Assembly: GCA_964345585.1 (NCBI GenBank)
Contig: CAYFRT010000001.1
Location: 23,309-87,308, forward strand
Direction: 5' to 3'
DNA from: an uncultured Actinomyces sp.
Lineage (GTDB): Bacteria > Actinomycetota > Actinomycetes > Actinomycetales > Actinomycetaceae
Length of the DNA stretch: 64,000 bases
Shown here: piece after piece, positions 19,143-28,564 of the stretch
Numbering within the stretch: the stretch's first letter is position 1
Layout of the letters: each line of letters opens with the position of its first letter
Translations under genes and position numbers: made by a program
Notes under the pieces: generated by a model
Database searches by the model: none
What the model was told of the DNA's origin: nothing
The model's input: the letters and a program-made list of their open reading frames with translations, nothing else

Positions 19143-20255
19143 ATGGACCTACATGTTGCATTAGCAGGCGGTGGGACCGCCGGACACGTGAACCCACTCC
19201 TAGCCACGGCGCACGCGGTGCGGGCAAGGGGCGGCCGGGTGACGGCTATCGGAACCGAACAGGGACTGGAGACAACTCTGGTGCCCGCGGACGGGTTCAC
19301 CCTGGAGTTCGTTCCGAAAGTCCCCGTCCCGCGGCGTCCAACCCCGGAACTACTTTCTCTTCCAACGCGGCTCAAAGGGGCTGTAGATCGCGCTCTCGAG
19401 ATTCTTGAGGGTGTTGATGTTCTAGTTGGCTTTGGTGGGTACGTTTCCGCACCCGCTTACATTGCGGCGAAACGGGCGGGCATACCGTTTATCGTTCAGG
19501 AGCAAAACGTGCGGCCGGGGTGGGCAAACAAGCTAGGCGCTCGTAACGCCGCAGCCGTCTCCCTGACTTTCCCGGAAACAGAGCTAAGAGCCCGTGTTGG
19601 GATCACTAAGGTGACCGGGATGCCGCTGCGGCGCGCAATCATGGAACTTGCCGAGCAACGCAAGACTGCCGAGGGACGGCTGGCAGCACGCGAAGTTGGT
19701 GCCCGCATTTTCGGACTGGATCCGTCCCTACCCACGCTCCTGGTCACCGGCGGCTCCCTGGGCGCTCAGCATTTGAACGAGGTGATCACGCAGTCTTCAA
19801 CGCGGATTCGCCATGGGATTCAGATCCTTCATGTGACAGGTAAGGGGAAGTCAGCCGAAGTGATCGCGGCGGCCGCAAATCCCAAAGTTAAATACAAGTG
19901 GGAAGTTGTCGAATACTTGGGGAACATGGATCAGGCAATGGCCGCCGCTGACTTGGTTCTTTGCCGGTCGGGTGCCGGAACCGTTTCAGAATTGGAGGCG
20001 CTTGGCCTGCCTGCTTTCTACGTCCCCCTTCCCATCGGAAACGGTGAGCAAAAGCTTAACGCGGCTGCTCAGGTCCACGCTGGCGGGGCGTTGTTGGTCG
20101 AAGACAAATACTTCACCGTCGCCACGTTGGAACAAACCGTGATTCCGCTCCTTGTTGACTCTGAGCGGCTGGAGCGGATGGGGGAGGCCTCACGTTCGGT
20201 ATCCCCGGGCGACGGAGCACAGTTGCTTGTCGATTTGATTGAGATGGTGGCATGA
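19143..20255 (+). CDS. murG: Lipid II synthase MurG (UDP-GlcNAc transferase)
   Basis: 370 aa. LAGGGTAGHVNPLLA, GGYVSAPAY and GGSLGA..RSGAGTVSEL motifs. Confidence 0.95.
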   Translation: MDLHVALAGGGTAGHVNPLLATAHAVRARGGRVTAIGTEQGLETTLVPADGFTLEFVPKVPVPRRPTPELLSLPTRLKGAVDRALEILEGVDVLVGFGGYVSAPAYIAAKRAGIPFIVQEQNVRPGWANKLGARNAAAVSLTFPETELRARVGITKVTGMPLRRAIMELAEQRKTAEGRLAAREVGARIFGLDPSLPTLLVTGGSLGAQHLNEVITQSSTRIRHGIQILHVTGKGKSAEVIAAAANPKVKYKWEVVEYLGNMDQAMAAADLVLCRSGAGTVSELEALGLPAFYVPLPIGNGEQKLNAAAQVHAGGALLVEDKYFTVATLEQTVIPLLVDSERLERMGEASRSVSPGDGAQLLVDLIEMVA

Positions 20256-21769
20256 GCGTTTCCATAGATTCCACCTCCACCGGATCCGGGCTGCCCGAAT
20301 CATTCCACCTCATCGGGATTGGCGGATCCGGAATGAGTGTTGTCGCACGCCTGCTCGCTGCCCAGGGCGCAGTTGTGAGCGGTTCTGACCGCCAGGATTC
20401 TGACTTCCTGAAAGGTCTCCAAGAGATTGGGATTGACGCCTATTTTCCCCACGGGAAAAAAGACTTTGACCCCAACGCCACAGTGGTTTTGTCTTCGGCT
20501 ATCCGCCCGGACAACATCGAGTTGGTTACCGCGAAGGAACGAGGACAGCGAGTCATACACCGCTCCGAGGCGCTCGCGCTTGCGGCGAGGGGACAGGAGT
20601 TTATTGCGGTTGCCGGTGCTCACGGAAAGACGACAACTTCGGCGATGATCGCGGTCGCTCTCCTTGAATCTGGGGTTGATGCTTCATTTGCTATTGGCGG
20701 GTCTGTGACAGGGGTGGGGTCTGGGGCGCGGAGCGGCAGGGACATTTTTGTCGCCGAAGCGGATGAATCAGACGGATCTTTCCTGAACTACAGTCCCTCA
20801 ATTGCTTTGGTCACAAACATTGAAGCGGACCACTTGGACACCCATGGCTCGGCAGAAAGCCTCTTTCACGTTTTTGAGTCTTTTGTTGATCGTATTGTTC
20901 CCGGCGGCTCGCTGATCTGTTGCGGGGAGGACCCGGGGTCAGCGCGGCTGGCCGCAGAGATGCGGGAACGGACCGACTTGAAGGTGCTGACGTATGGCCG
21001 GCCCGACAGGTGCGCGGACGCTCCGGATGTTCGACTTGAGTCGGTGCAGGTGTTGCGCAATGGAATTGAGGCAGAGCTGGCTAGTTCCTGCTTCTCCTCG
21101 GACTTCGCCAGAGTCCCTTTGACATTGCAAGTGACGGGTGAACATAACGCAGTGAACGCGGCGGGCGCGTGGACAACCTGTGTGGCAGCGGGGGTCCCCC
21201 TGAAGACTGCAGCGGAAAGCCTGGCTAGTTTCCGGGGCGCCGGTCGGAGGTTCGACTTCCAAGGCACGGTGGCGGGGCGCACACTGATCAACGATTACGC
21301 GCACCACCCGACCGAGGTAGCCGCGGCGATACACCAAGCACAGTTGGTGGCAGATGGTGGCGACGTGGTGGTTGTGTTTCAACCACACCTCTACTCGAGG
21401 ACCAAGTCCTTCGCGGATCGGTTCGCACAGGCCCTCGCGGAGGCGAATGGAGTTGTGCTCGCAGACATTTACGCGGCGCGTGAGGACCCCATGGATGGGG
21501 TCACTTCCGCGCTCATTGAGGATGCGGCGCCCCCGGGGGTCGATTTTGTTAACGCAGGTCCCGTGGCAACGGCCGCGCGGTTGGGCGCAGAACTCACCAA
21601 ACCCGGTGATGTCATGGTGCTCATGGGGGCGGGAGACATCTATCTGGAGGCCGGGCCGGTCCTTGAAGCCTGGGCTGGCCTGGAGACCGATGCGTCATCG
21701 TTGATCCCTGGGGGAGGCGATTCCTCGGCAAAGGAGGCTCCGAGTGATGCGCGGGAGGGGAGGCGTTGA
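20252..21769 (+). CDS. murC: UDP-N-acetylmuramate--L-alanine ligase
   Basis: 505 aa. HLIGIGGSGMSVVARLL, the P-loop VAGAHGKTTTSAM and NIEADHLD. ATGA overlap with murG. Confidence 0.95.
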   Translation: MSVSIDSTSTGSGLPESFHLIGIGGSGMSVVARLLAAQGAVVSGSDRQDSDFLKGLQEIGIDAYFPHGKKDFDPNATVVLSSAIRPDNIELVTAKERGQRVIHRSEALALAARGQEFIAVAGAHGKTTTSAMIAVALLESGVDASFAIGGSVTGVGSGARSGRDIFVAEADESDGSFLNYSPSIALVTNIEADHLDTHGSAESLFHVFESFVDRIVPGGSLICCGEDPGSARLAAEMRERTDLKVLTYGRPDRCADAPDVRLESVQVLRNGIEAELASSCFSSDFARVPLTLQVTGEHNAVNAAGAWTTCVAAGVPLKTAAESLASFRGAGRRFDFQGTVAGRTLINDYAHHPTEVAAAIHQAQLVADGGDVVVVFQPHLYSRTKSFADRFAQALAEANGVVLADIYAAREDPMDGVTSALIEDAAPPGVDFVNAGPVATAARLGAELTKPGDVMVLMGAGDIYLEAGPVLEAWAGLETDASSLIPGGGDSSAKEAPSDAREGRR

Positions 21770-22917
21770 GCTACTCGCGTGGGTCGCGGCCCCCGCGCCC
21801 GACATCTCGATCGGCTTCCAAGCCCAAATACAGCTCGACTGCGGGCGGTGAGTCTGTTTCAAAGGTGCGGCGCGCCGCTGCTGGACGAACGCCTGAACCC
21901 ACGCCTGAACTCGAGTCTGAGTTCGCGCTTGATGCCTCACCTCGACCCGCACCCAGAGCCGCGTCTGAACCGGTGCTTGCAGAAACAGTCGACTCGCACG
22001 GGTCAGCGTCCAGCGGGGCAGGAGTGCGTCACGGTGTAACAAGGGACGTCGGCACAGAGCACCCTAAAGTGATCGGTGCCGGGACCGTGCGCGCAGCCAC
22101 GGGCAGAGATTTGCAAGGTCCCCCCGTCAAAGTTGGGCCGGATGGGCTTCGACCTGCTGGTCAAGGAACCGCAGGTGGGGACGATGGGGTTGCTGAGTTC
22201 AGCAAGCGGCTTGCGGAACGGAAGCGGGCGAAGCGGAGACTTTGGGTTGGTCGGGCTGCCGGGTTTCTTGCAATCGTCGCTGTACTTGGAGGTTTGGCGT
22301 ACTTAATTGGGTGGTCGGCAGCGTTTGGGGTGAAACAGGAAAACATAGACATTGAAGGAGCCCAATCAGGTCTCCAACAAGACCAGGTCGTCGCCACCTT
22401 GCAGCCCTACGTTGGCACGCCCCTCATCAGGGTTCCAGTGGGCGAGGCGGCAGATGAACTCCGTGACCTTCCTTTCGTGTCTGAGGCTTCCGTTTCACGG
22501 GCATGGCCCACTGGCCTCACGGTTTTGATCGAGGAACGCCTCCCAGCAATGGTTGTGCCCCAAGCAGACGGCTACCAGGTTGTGGGGGCTGATGGCGTGG
22601 TGATTGAGACCGTCCCAGAACCTGTTGCAGGGTTGCCTACCATCGTGGTTGCTTCGACCGATCCCGAAAACAGGCAGGCTCAGGCAGCAGAGGCATTCGG
22701 GATCTGGGTCATCATTGAAGACATCTTGGGAGATCGAGTGGCATCGATCAACGCGGACGGATCAGACTTCACGGTTTATCTGACGGGTGGTGAGGAGATC
22801 ATCTGGGGCACCTCGGATGACAGCCTCCTCAAGGCAAGGATTGCAGAGATTTTGCTGAGCGAGAGAGGAGCCACCACCTACGATGTTTCCTACCCTCCCC
22901 GTCCCAGCACCAGGTAG
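21766..22917 (+). CDS. ftsQ: Cell division protein FtsQ (POTRA domain) with a long disordered N-terminus
   Basis: 383 aa. TTG start in a TTGA overlap with the murC stop. One TM helix (AAGFLAIVAVLGGLAYLI) is followed by a POTRA/FtsQ-like region. Canonical position before ftsZ. Confidence 0.8.
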   Translation: MSYSRGSRPPRPTSRSASKPKYSSTAGGESVSKVRRAAAGRTPEPTPELESEFALDASPRPAPRAASEPVLAETVDSHGSASSGAGVRHGVTRDVGTEHPKVIGAGTVRAATGRDLQGPPVKVGPDGLRPAGQGTAGGDDGVAEFSKRLAERKRAKRRLWVGRAAGFLAIVAVLGGLAYLIGWSAAFGVKQENIDIEGAQSGLQQDQVVATLQPYVGTPLIRVPVGEAADELRDLPFVSEASVSRAWPTGLTVLIEERLPAMVVPQADGYQVVGADGVVIETVPEPVAGLPTIVVASTDPENRQAQAAEAFGIWVIIEDILGDRVASINADGSDFTVYLTGGEEIIWGTSDDSLLKARIAEILLSERGATTYDVSYPPRPSTR

Positions 22918-23171
22918 CGGCCCCCCGCGTTCCATAATTCGTTATCGGCTTGCCAAGATTAACGACCGGTTGCGCAGGTAATTCAGTGTTGAAGCCGCGG
23001 TCTTTGGGCGGCCCCTCGTACTTAAGCGGGGTTCTTTGAAGAACCGGCGACACACCGGAGGGGGTGCTTGCTCCGGCAATGTCGGGGCCCTACCGTTTGG
23101 GCGCTAAACCGACCAGCAAACTCAACCTTCAACTTGAACTTGAAGGTTTCTCAGTCCCCGGGGAGAATCTA

Positions 23172-24494
23172 GTGGCAGCACCGCAGAACCACCTTGCAGT
23201 CATCAAAGTCGTTGGCATTGGCGGTGGTGGCGTTAACGCCGTGAACCGCATGATCGAAACAGACCTGAAGGGTGTTGAGTTCATCGCGATCAACACGGAT
23301 GCCCAGGCTCTGCTCATGTCTGATGCCGAAACCAAGCTCGATATTGGCCGTGAACTGACACACGGTTTGGGAGCAGGGGCAGACCCGGCTGTTGGCCGGA
23401 AAGCGGCAGAAGACCATGAACAAGAAATCGCTGAGACCGTAAGCGGTGCGGACATGGTGTTCGTTACTGCCGGGGAAGGCGGCGGAACCGGGACGGGAGG
23501 CGCCCCCGTCGTTGCGAAGGTTGCACGGGCAGCAGGTGCCCTCACCGTGGGAGTGGTGACGCGCCCCTTCTCCTTCGAAGGCAACCGGAGATCGTCCCAG
23601 GCCGATGCGGGGATTGACGCTCTTCGGGAAGAGGTGGACACTCTCATCGTCATCCCAAATGACAGGCTGCTTGAGATTTCCGACCAGTCCATTTCTGTGT
23701 TGGATGCGTTCCGTGCGGCCGATGAAGTGTTGCGCTCTGGTGTCCAGGGCATCACCGAACTGATCACAATTCCGGGCCTGATTAACGTTGACTTTAACGA
23801 CGTCAAATCTGTCATGAAGAATGCGGGCTCCGCACTCATGGGGATGGGCGGCGCGACTGGCGAGGACAGGGCATTGCAAGCCGTGGAGACAGCGATCTCT
23901 TCGCCGCTGCTTGAAGCGTCCATTGAGGGCGCCCACGGCGTCTTGATCTTCTTCCAGGGGGGCCCGGACCTGGGCATGATGGAGATTCAGCAGGCCGCAA
24001 CACTGGTGCGTGAAGCAGTCCACCAGGAGGCCAACATTATTGTTGGCGCAGTGATTGACGATGCTCTGGGTGACGAAATCAGGGTGACGGTCATCGCGGC
24101 AGGTTTTGACCAGAGTCCTCGTGAGGTAACAGGCAAGGCTGCTCCTGCAAAGCGTGCTGCCGCCCCGGAGACAGCGGCACCTCGCCCCGAAAGCCGGTCC
24201 CATTTCGCTGAGGAGGCTCCGCTGGCGCAGGCTCCCGTTGAACGGGTCGTTGTGACAGAGGAAGCCGAGGAAGAGGAATGGGCGCCTCGGAGACGCACTC
24301 GGATGGCCCCTTCGCATCGGGTACAGCCGGAAGTGCCAACCCGCACAGGGGCTATTCGTGCTCCCCGTGCGGCGGATTTCGAATCTGTTGACGCGTTGAT
24401 CGAAGAGTCCAGCTCCGGAGGGTTTGAGGCACCTCGGGTTTATGACGAGGCGGATTTGGATTCCGACCTAGACATCCCGGATTTCTTGCGCTGA
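23172..24494 (+). CDS. ftsZ: Cell division GTPase FtsZ
   Basis: The track ORF starts at 23064. GTG 23172 (GGGGAGA SD upstream) gives [27 protein letters not shown], the usual actinobacterial N-terminus. GGGTGTG tubulin signature and a C-terminal DLDIPDFLR peptide. Confidence 0.97.
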   Translation: MAAPQNHLAVIKVVGIGGGGVNAVNRMIETDLKGVEFIAINTDAQALLMSDAETKLDIGRELTHGLGAGADPAVGRKAAEDHEQEIAETVSGADMVFVTAGEGGGTGTGGAPVVAKVARAAGALTVGVVTRPFSFEGNRRSSQADAGIDALREEVDTLIVIPNDRLLEISDQSISVLDAFRAADEVLRSGVQGITELITIPGLINVDFNDVKSVMKNAGSALMGMGGATGEDRALQAVETAISSPLLEASIEGAHGVLIFFQGGPDLGMMEIQQAATLVREAVHQEANIIVGAVIDDALGDEIRVTVIAAGFDQSPREVTGKAAPAKRAAAPETAAPRPESRSHFAEEAPLAQAPVERVVVTEEAEEEEWAPRRRTRMAPSHRVQPEVPTRTGAIRAPRAADFESVDALIEESSSGGFEAPRVYDEADLDSDLDIPDFLR

Positions 24495-24513
24495 TAGAGC
24501 CGGAGGAACACTT

Positions 24514-24556
24514 TGGGAGGCACACGCACGGTTCTCGGCGTGTGCCTCCCAGGTTT
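24514..24556 (+). terminator. Strong hairpin after ftsZ (terminator/attenuator-like)
   Basis: TGGGAGGCACACGC (24514-24527) and GCGTGTGCCTCCCA (24538-24551) form a perfect 14-bp stem with a 10-nt loop. The tail GGTTTAAT is T-poor, so termination efficiency is uncertain. Confidence 0.45.
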
Positions 24557-24647
24557 AATCCGTTGCTGCGTTAATGTTAGAAAGCGAAGCGCACCCAGCC
24601 GACCAACGTGGCTAGATACGTGCGGAGAATCCAAGGAAGGACTAGAG

Positions 24648-25094
24648 ATGGCGCAACGGTTCAACCGCGCAATGGAACTGATGGGGTGGCGTGTTCCCTC
24701 GGAGGAGTCCCCGGAAGAGGAAATGCCGGAATATCAGGAGAGCGAAGTTGACGTTCATGAGTTCACGTTGCAGTCCTACCCCGGAGGTCAGATAGAAGTT
24801 GAGCCTAGGCCCGTACGTGCGGCAACGGTCCGCAGAATCGTCACCTTCCACCCCCAGAGTTTTGAAGATGCACCACTGATTGGGGACGCCTTTCGCGAAG
24901 GTGTGCCGGTGATCATGAATCTAACTGAGCTTCCGCACGCGGAGGCTCGCCGACTGGTGGACTTCGCGGCGGGCATGGTGTTCAGCGTGCGGGGAGAGTT
25001 TGAACACGTTACTTCCAGGGTGTTCCTGCTGGTTCCGAAAGACATAGAAGTGAGCTCCCAGGGACGTTCGGCCCCCGGTCGCATGTTCGACTAG
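24648..25094 (+). CDS. sepF: Cell division protein SepF
   Basis: The track ORF starts at 24513. ATG 24648 is preceded by AAGGAAGGA and gives MAQRFNRAMELMGW... The C-terminal SepF core is IVTFHPQSFEDAPLIGDAFREGVPVIMNLTEL..RRLVDFAAGMVF. Confidence 0.9.
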   Translation: MAQRFNRAMELMGWRVPSEESPEEEMPEYQESEVDVHEFTLQSYPGGQIEVEPRPVRAATVRRIVTFHPQSFEDAPLIGDAFREGVPVIMNLTELPHAEARRLVDFAAGMVFSVRGEFEHVTSRVFLLVPKDIEVSSQGRSAPGRMFD

Positions 25095-25120
25095 GGCACT
25101 TCCGCCGGTAGAGTGCAGAC

Positions 25121-25435
25121 GTGTTTTTCATATTTGTCGGATCTGTTCTTGCGTATGGTGCCTCGATCTACGCACTCATTCTGTTGGCGCGCGTCGCCTT
25201 CGACTGGGCGCGGATACTAGCCCCTAACTGGGTTCCAAGAGGGATTGTGCTTGTAATTGCAGACTGGGTTTACAAGCTCACTGACCCTCCAATCAAGTTC
25301 CTCAGGCGCTACATCCCCCCGCTGCGACTTGGAGCTGTTGCGTTCGACGTCGGCTTCGTGGTCCTCTTCGTGGGTGTCGCTCTTCTGGGGCGTTTGGGGC
25401 AGGCGCTGGCGACAATCGGCTATATGCACACGTAA
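25121..25435 (+). CDS. YggT family membrane protein
   Basis: 104 aa. Two hydrophobic segments flank the YggT motif (LLARVAFDW..PPIKFLRRYIPPL). Canonical position between sepF and divIVA. Confidence 0.85.
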   Translation: MFFIFVGSVLAYGASIYALILLARVAFDWARILAPNWVPRGIVLVIADWVYKLTDPPIKFLRRYIPPLRLGAVAFDVGFVVLFVGVALLGRLGQALATIGYMHT

Positions 25436-25638
25436 ATTGCTCTTGCAATCGGCCTTCAAACTCCATCAAACGGACAGAAAAGATGGTGCGGGTGTGAAAG
25501 TTGTTGCTATTGGTGCACAATGGACCAGTCCCGTCCGCTATTATCGAGATGGCAGAAAATTAAGCTTCAGCCTTTGCAGATGGACCGCGAGTGGTTAGCG
25601 GCGATCGCAGAACTGAACGGAAACCAGGGGTGAACAAC

Positions 25639-26271
25639 ATGGCGCTTCTTACCGCCGATGATGTGCTTAACAAGAAGTTTCAGTACGTCAAGTTCCGTGA
25701 GGGCTACGACCAGATCGAGGTAGATGAGTTCCTCGATGAGGTTGTCGCTACGATCTACTCGCTATCTGTCGAGAATGCGGAGCTGAAAGAAAAACTGGAA
25801 GCCGCGAACCGTCGTATTGCGGAGCTTTCGTCTGAGGACGCGGACAGGCCTGCTGCCCCCGCCCCAGAGGTTGTCGAAGTGGAGCCTGTGGTTGAGGAAG
25901 AGGTAGCCGTCGAAGAAGTCGCTCCTCCCGCTCCTGTCGTAGAAGCTCCCGCAGATCCGAATAGTGCAGAGGCAGCAGCCTCGATGCTTGCCCTCGCTCA
26001 GCGTCTCCATGACGAATACGTCGATGAAGGACGTGAAGAAGGCGAAAAGATTGTCTCTGATGCCCGCTCGCAGGGTGAGTTGATCGTCGCTGAAGCAGAG
26101 AACAAGCGCTCGGAGATCCTCGACCGGCTTGCATCAGAGCAGCAAGAGCTTGAGCAGACGATCAACAACTTGCGTGAATTCGAAACGGACTACCGCAGTG
26201 CGATCTCCACTCACCTTCAGACCTTGCTGAAGCAGGTTGACCAAGCACCCGGCAAGGAAGACGATAACTGA
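25639..26271 (+). CDS. divIVA: DivIVA/Wag31 polar scaffold protein
   Basis: ATG 25639 gives MALLTADDVLNKKFQYVKFREGYDQIEVDEFLDEV, the DivIVA N-terminal lipid-binding domain. A Pro/Ala/Glu linker and a C-terminal coiled coil follow. Confidence 0.9.
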   Translation: MALLTADDVLNKKFQYVKFREGYDQIEVDEFLDEVVATIYSLSVENAELKEKLEAANRRIAELSSEDADRPAAPAPEVVEVEPVVEEEVAVEEVAPPAPVVEAPADPNSAEAAASMLALAQRLHDEYVDEGREEGEKIVSDARSQGELIVAEAENKRSEILDRLASEQQELEQTINNLREFETDYRSAISTHLQTLLKQVDQAPGKEDDN

Positions 26272-26340
26272 AATCGTTTTTCTTGAGCCGCCCCACGCCG
26301 GTGGCGGTGTGCTGGTGCCGCTTGCGCACAAGTGACTAGA

Positions 26341-26382
26341 AGATGTCCCGCCCAGTTAGCATTCTGGGTGGGACATCTTTGT
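26341..26382 (+). terminator. Terminator-like hairpin after divIVA
   Basis: AGATGTCCCGCCCAG (26341-26355) pairs with CTGGGTGGGACATCT (26364-26378). The stem is 15 bp with one G-U pair and is followed by TTGTG. Confidence 0.5.
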
Positions 26383-26468
26383 GAGAGTGCAAACCGTGTA
26401 GGCGCTTGCTGGCCATGAGGCGATACCCTTGTTCCGTTGATTGTTCCGCTGTCTTTTGAGGTCTCCTT

Positions 26469-27083
26469 TTGAGTTCTAACGAAAACACCTTGCCAGATCC
26501 CAAGCCGGTTTCGTATCGTCCGCAAAGCCGTAGCGCAGACGAGTATGATGCCCGGCCGGGTAAACGAGGCTACTGGTGGCTAGTCTTTGTCGTGGCAGCC
26601 GTGGCTGTGCTCCTTGACCAACTGACAAAATGGTGGGCGTTGGCAAACCTGACGGAAGGTGTTCCCAGACCCTTCATCGGTAACTTCATCACTTTGCAGC
26701 TGGTGTACAACCCGGGTGCGGCATTCTCGATGGGCGAGGGCAGCACCTGGATCTTCACGGTTTTGTCCGCGCTGGTCATAGGCATTTTGATTTGGTATTC
26801 CTCCAGGGTATATTCCCCGATTTTGGCGGTGATCGTCGGGCTCCTAATGGGTGGGGCCTTTGGCAACTTGATTGACAGACTCTTTCAGCCTCCTGGGTTT
26901 GCGCGCGGTCACGTAGTCGATTTCCTGAACTACAACAGTTGGTTTGTTGGAAATGTTGCTGACATTTGGATTGTTGTAGCGGCCGCCGCGTTGGCGCTGT
27001 GGTTGCTTGTGCAATCGGAGCGTTCGAACCCGAAGGAGTCGGCGAATGTCAGTGTCCGGGAAGTCGGCGACAAAAAGAAGTGA
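26469..27083 (+). CDS. lspA: Lipoprotein signal peptidase II
   Basis: 204 aa, TTG start. LDQLTKWWA, VYNPGAAFSMG, GGAFGNLIDR and VVDFL..NVADIWI motifs. Confidence 0.9.
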   Translation: MSSNENTLPDPKPVSYRPQSRSADEYDARPGKRGYWWLVFVVAAVAVLLDQLTKWWALANLTEGVPRPFIGNFITLQLVYNPGAAFSMGEGSTWIFTVLSALVIGILIWYSSRVYSPILAVIVGLLMGGAFGNLIDRLFQPPGFARGHVVDFLNYNSWFVGNVADIWIVVAAAALALWLLVQSERSNPKESANVSVREVGDKKK

Positions 27084-28000
27084 ACGACATCAGGCTGATT
27101 AACGTTCCCGGAGGCATGCACGGTGAACGCGTAGATGCGGCGCTGAGCAGGATGCTCGGGTTTTCCCGCTCCAAGTGTGCCGAACTGATTGAGCTGGGAC
27201 ACGTAACCATTGATGGGGTGCCCGCGGCGAAGTCAGACAGGCTGGTTGAGGGAGCGGAGCTGGAGATCCAGCTCCCGCCAACGCAGAAGGTTCCCGAACC
27301 AACCACTGACTTAGAAATTTTGTACGAGGATTCCGACATCGTCGTCATCAACAAACCTGTCGGCGTTGCTGCTCACACCGGCCCGGGATGGGACGGCCCA
27401 ACAGTCCTCGGATCGCTTGAAGCCGCAGGGATTCCCATCTCTACCTCGGGTCCTCCCGAGCGGAAGGGGATAGTGCAGCGGTTAGACGTGGGAACCTCGG
27501 GCGCCATGATGGTTGCGAAGTCGGAGGTCGCCTACTCTCGTCTGAAGCACGCTTTCCGCGAAAGAGAGATCAGCAAGACGTACCACGCGCTGGTTGAGGG
27601 ACATCCGGATCCCGTGAGAGGAACCGTTGATGCACCGATAGGTCGTCACCCCTCAAGGACTTGGCGGATGGCAGTCTTGGAGGGCGGAAAAAAGGCTGTC
27701 ACACACTATGACCTTTTGGAGTTGCTACCGGGGGCCGCACTGCTGGAAATTGACTTGGAAACGGGGCGCACCCACCAAATCAGGGTTCACATGGCCGCGC
27801 TGGGACATCCTTGTGTCGGTGACGTGTTTTACGGGGCTGACCCCACTCGAGCGAAGAAGCTGGGGTTGGAGCGGCAATGGTTGCACGCACGCGAATTAGA
27901 ATTCCGGCATCCCGTTACGGAACACGTGGTGAAAATCGAAGCCCCATACCCTGATGATCTGGTCGTCGCTTTGAAGAAACTGCAGAATTTCGATGGCTAA
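27080..28000 (+). CDS. rluD: RluA-family 23S rRNA pseudouridine synthase (RluD-like)
   Basis: GTG 27080 sits in a GTGA overlap with the lspA stop. An S4 domain (ERVDAALSRMLGFSRSKCAELIELGHVTIDG) is followed by the catalytic HRLDVGTSGAMMVAK motif. The upstream part of the track ORF overlaps lspA out of frame. Confidence 0.9.
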   Translation: MNDIRLINVPGGMHGERVDAALSRMLGFSRSKCAELIELGHVTIDGVPAAKSDRLVEGAELEIQLPPTQKVPEPTTDLEILYEDSDIVVINKPVGVAAHTGPGWDGPTVLGSLEAAGIPISTSGPPERKGIVQRLDVGTSGAMMVAKSEVAYSRLKHAFREREISKTYHALVEGHPDPVRGTVDAPIGRHPSRTWRMAVLEGGKKAVTHYDLLELLPGAALLEIDLETGRTHQIRVHMAALGHPCVGDVFYGADPTRAKKLGLERQWLHARELEFRHPVTEHVVKIEAPYPDDLVVALKKLQNFDG

Positions 28001-28487
28001 CAAGGAGATCGTCTACCGGAAGGTGTCGTCTCCGGAAGACATCTTGGGGCATAACGCCGTGCGCTGGGACGTGTTTGTGACAGAACAGGGGGTCGCACCT
28101 GTCTTAGAGATTGACGCTCGTGACTTCGCTCCCAGCACCGTTCACATCGTTGCAGTAAACAACGACGGTGAGGTCATTGGTGCTGCTCGACTTCTTCCCG
28201 ATACTCAAGGGGAGCCTGGGACCTCGAAGACGTTTCATGTGGGACGTGTGGCTGTCAGGCCGAGGTGGCGAGGAAAAGGCGTGGGCGAAGGCATAATGCG
28301 TTTTGCCGGCGCCGTCGCCGAAGAGTCAGGTTACCGGGGAGAAGCAGTCGAGCTTGTCCTTGACGCCCAGGTTGATGCAGAGGGGTTTTATCGCCGGTTA
28401 GGTTACGAGCCGACGGACAGAAAGCCTTTCTTTGACGCGGGAATCTTGCATCAGGAAATGGCGAAAACGACGTGGGGAACCCGCTGA
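27993..28487 (+). CDS. GNAT family N-acetyltransferase
   Basis: 164 aa. The acetyl-CoA binding motif is VGRVAVRPRWRGKGVGEGIM (the Q/RxxGxG/A type). It overlaps the rluD stop by 8 nt. Confidence 0.8.
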   Translation: MANKEIVYRKVSSPEDILGHNAVRWDVFVTEQGVAPVLEIDARDFAPSTVHIVAVNNDGEVIGAARLLPDTQGEPGTSKTFHVGRVAVRPRWRGKGVGEGIMRFAGAVAEESGYRGEAVELVLDAQVDAEGFYRRLGYEPTDRKPFFDAGILHQEMAKTTWGTR

Positions 28488-28564
28488 CGTAGCCGATTTT
28501 TCGCGTCGACGCGCGAAGTTACTCGACTCTCGTGGATAGATCAGATCTGACTATGCTGGGCACT

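Noticed and set aside
23129-24346. Long minus-strand ORFs (282, 382 and 119 aa) antisense to ftsZ. Similar antisense or alternative-frame ORFs occur inside helD, hisA, rne, cydD and other genes.
   Set aside because: They fully overlap strongly supported genes. They have Arg/Pro/Ser/Ala-rich low-complexity composition, which is typical of off-frame translation of high-GC DNA. None has a recognisable motif.
28502-28513. A perfect 12-bp palindrome, CGCGTCGACGCG, between the GNAT gene and dnaE.
   Set aside because: It is short, GC-rich and centred on a SalI site. This is expected occasionally by chance in high-GC DNA. At most it is a weak terminator stem for the GNAT gene.
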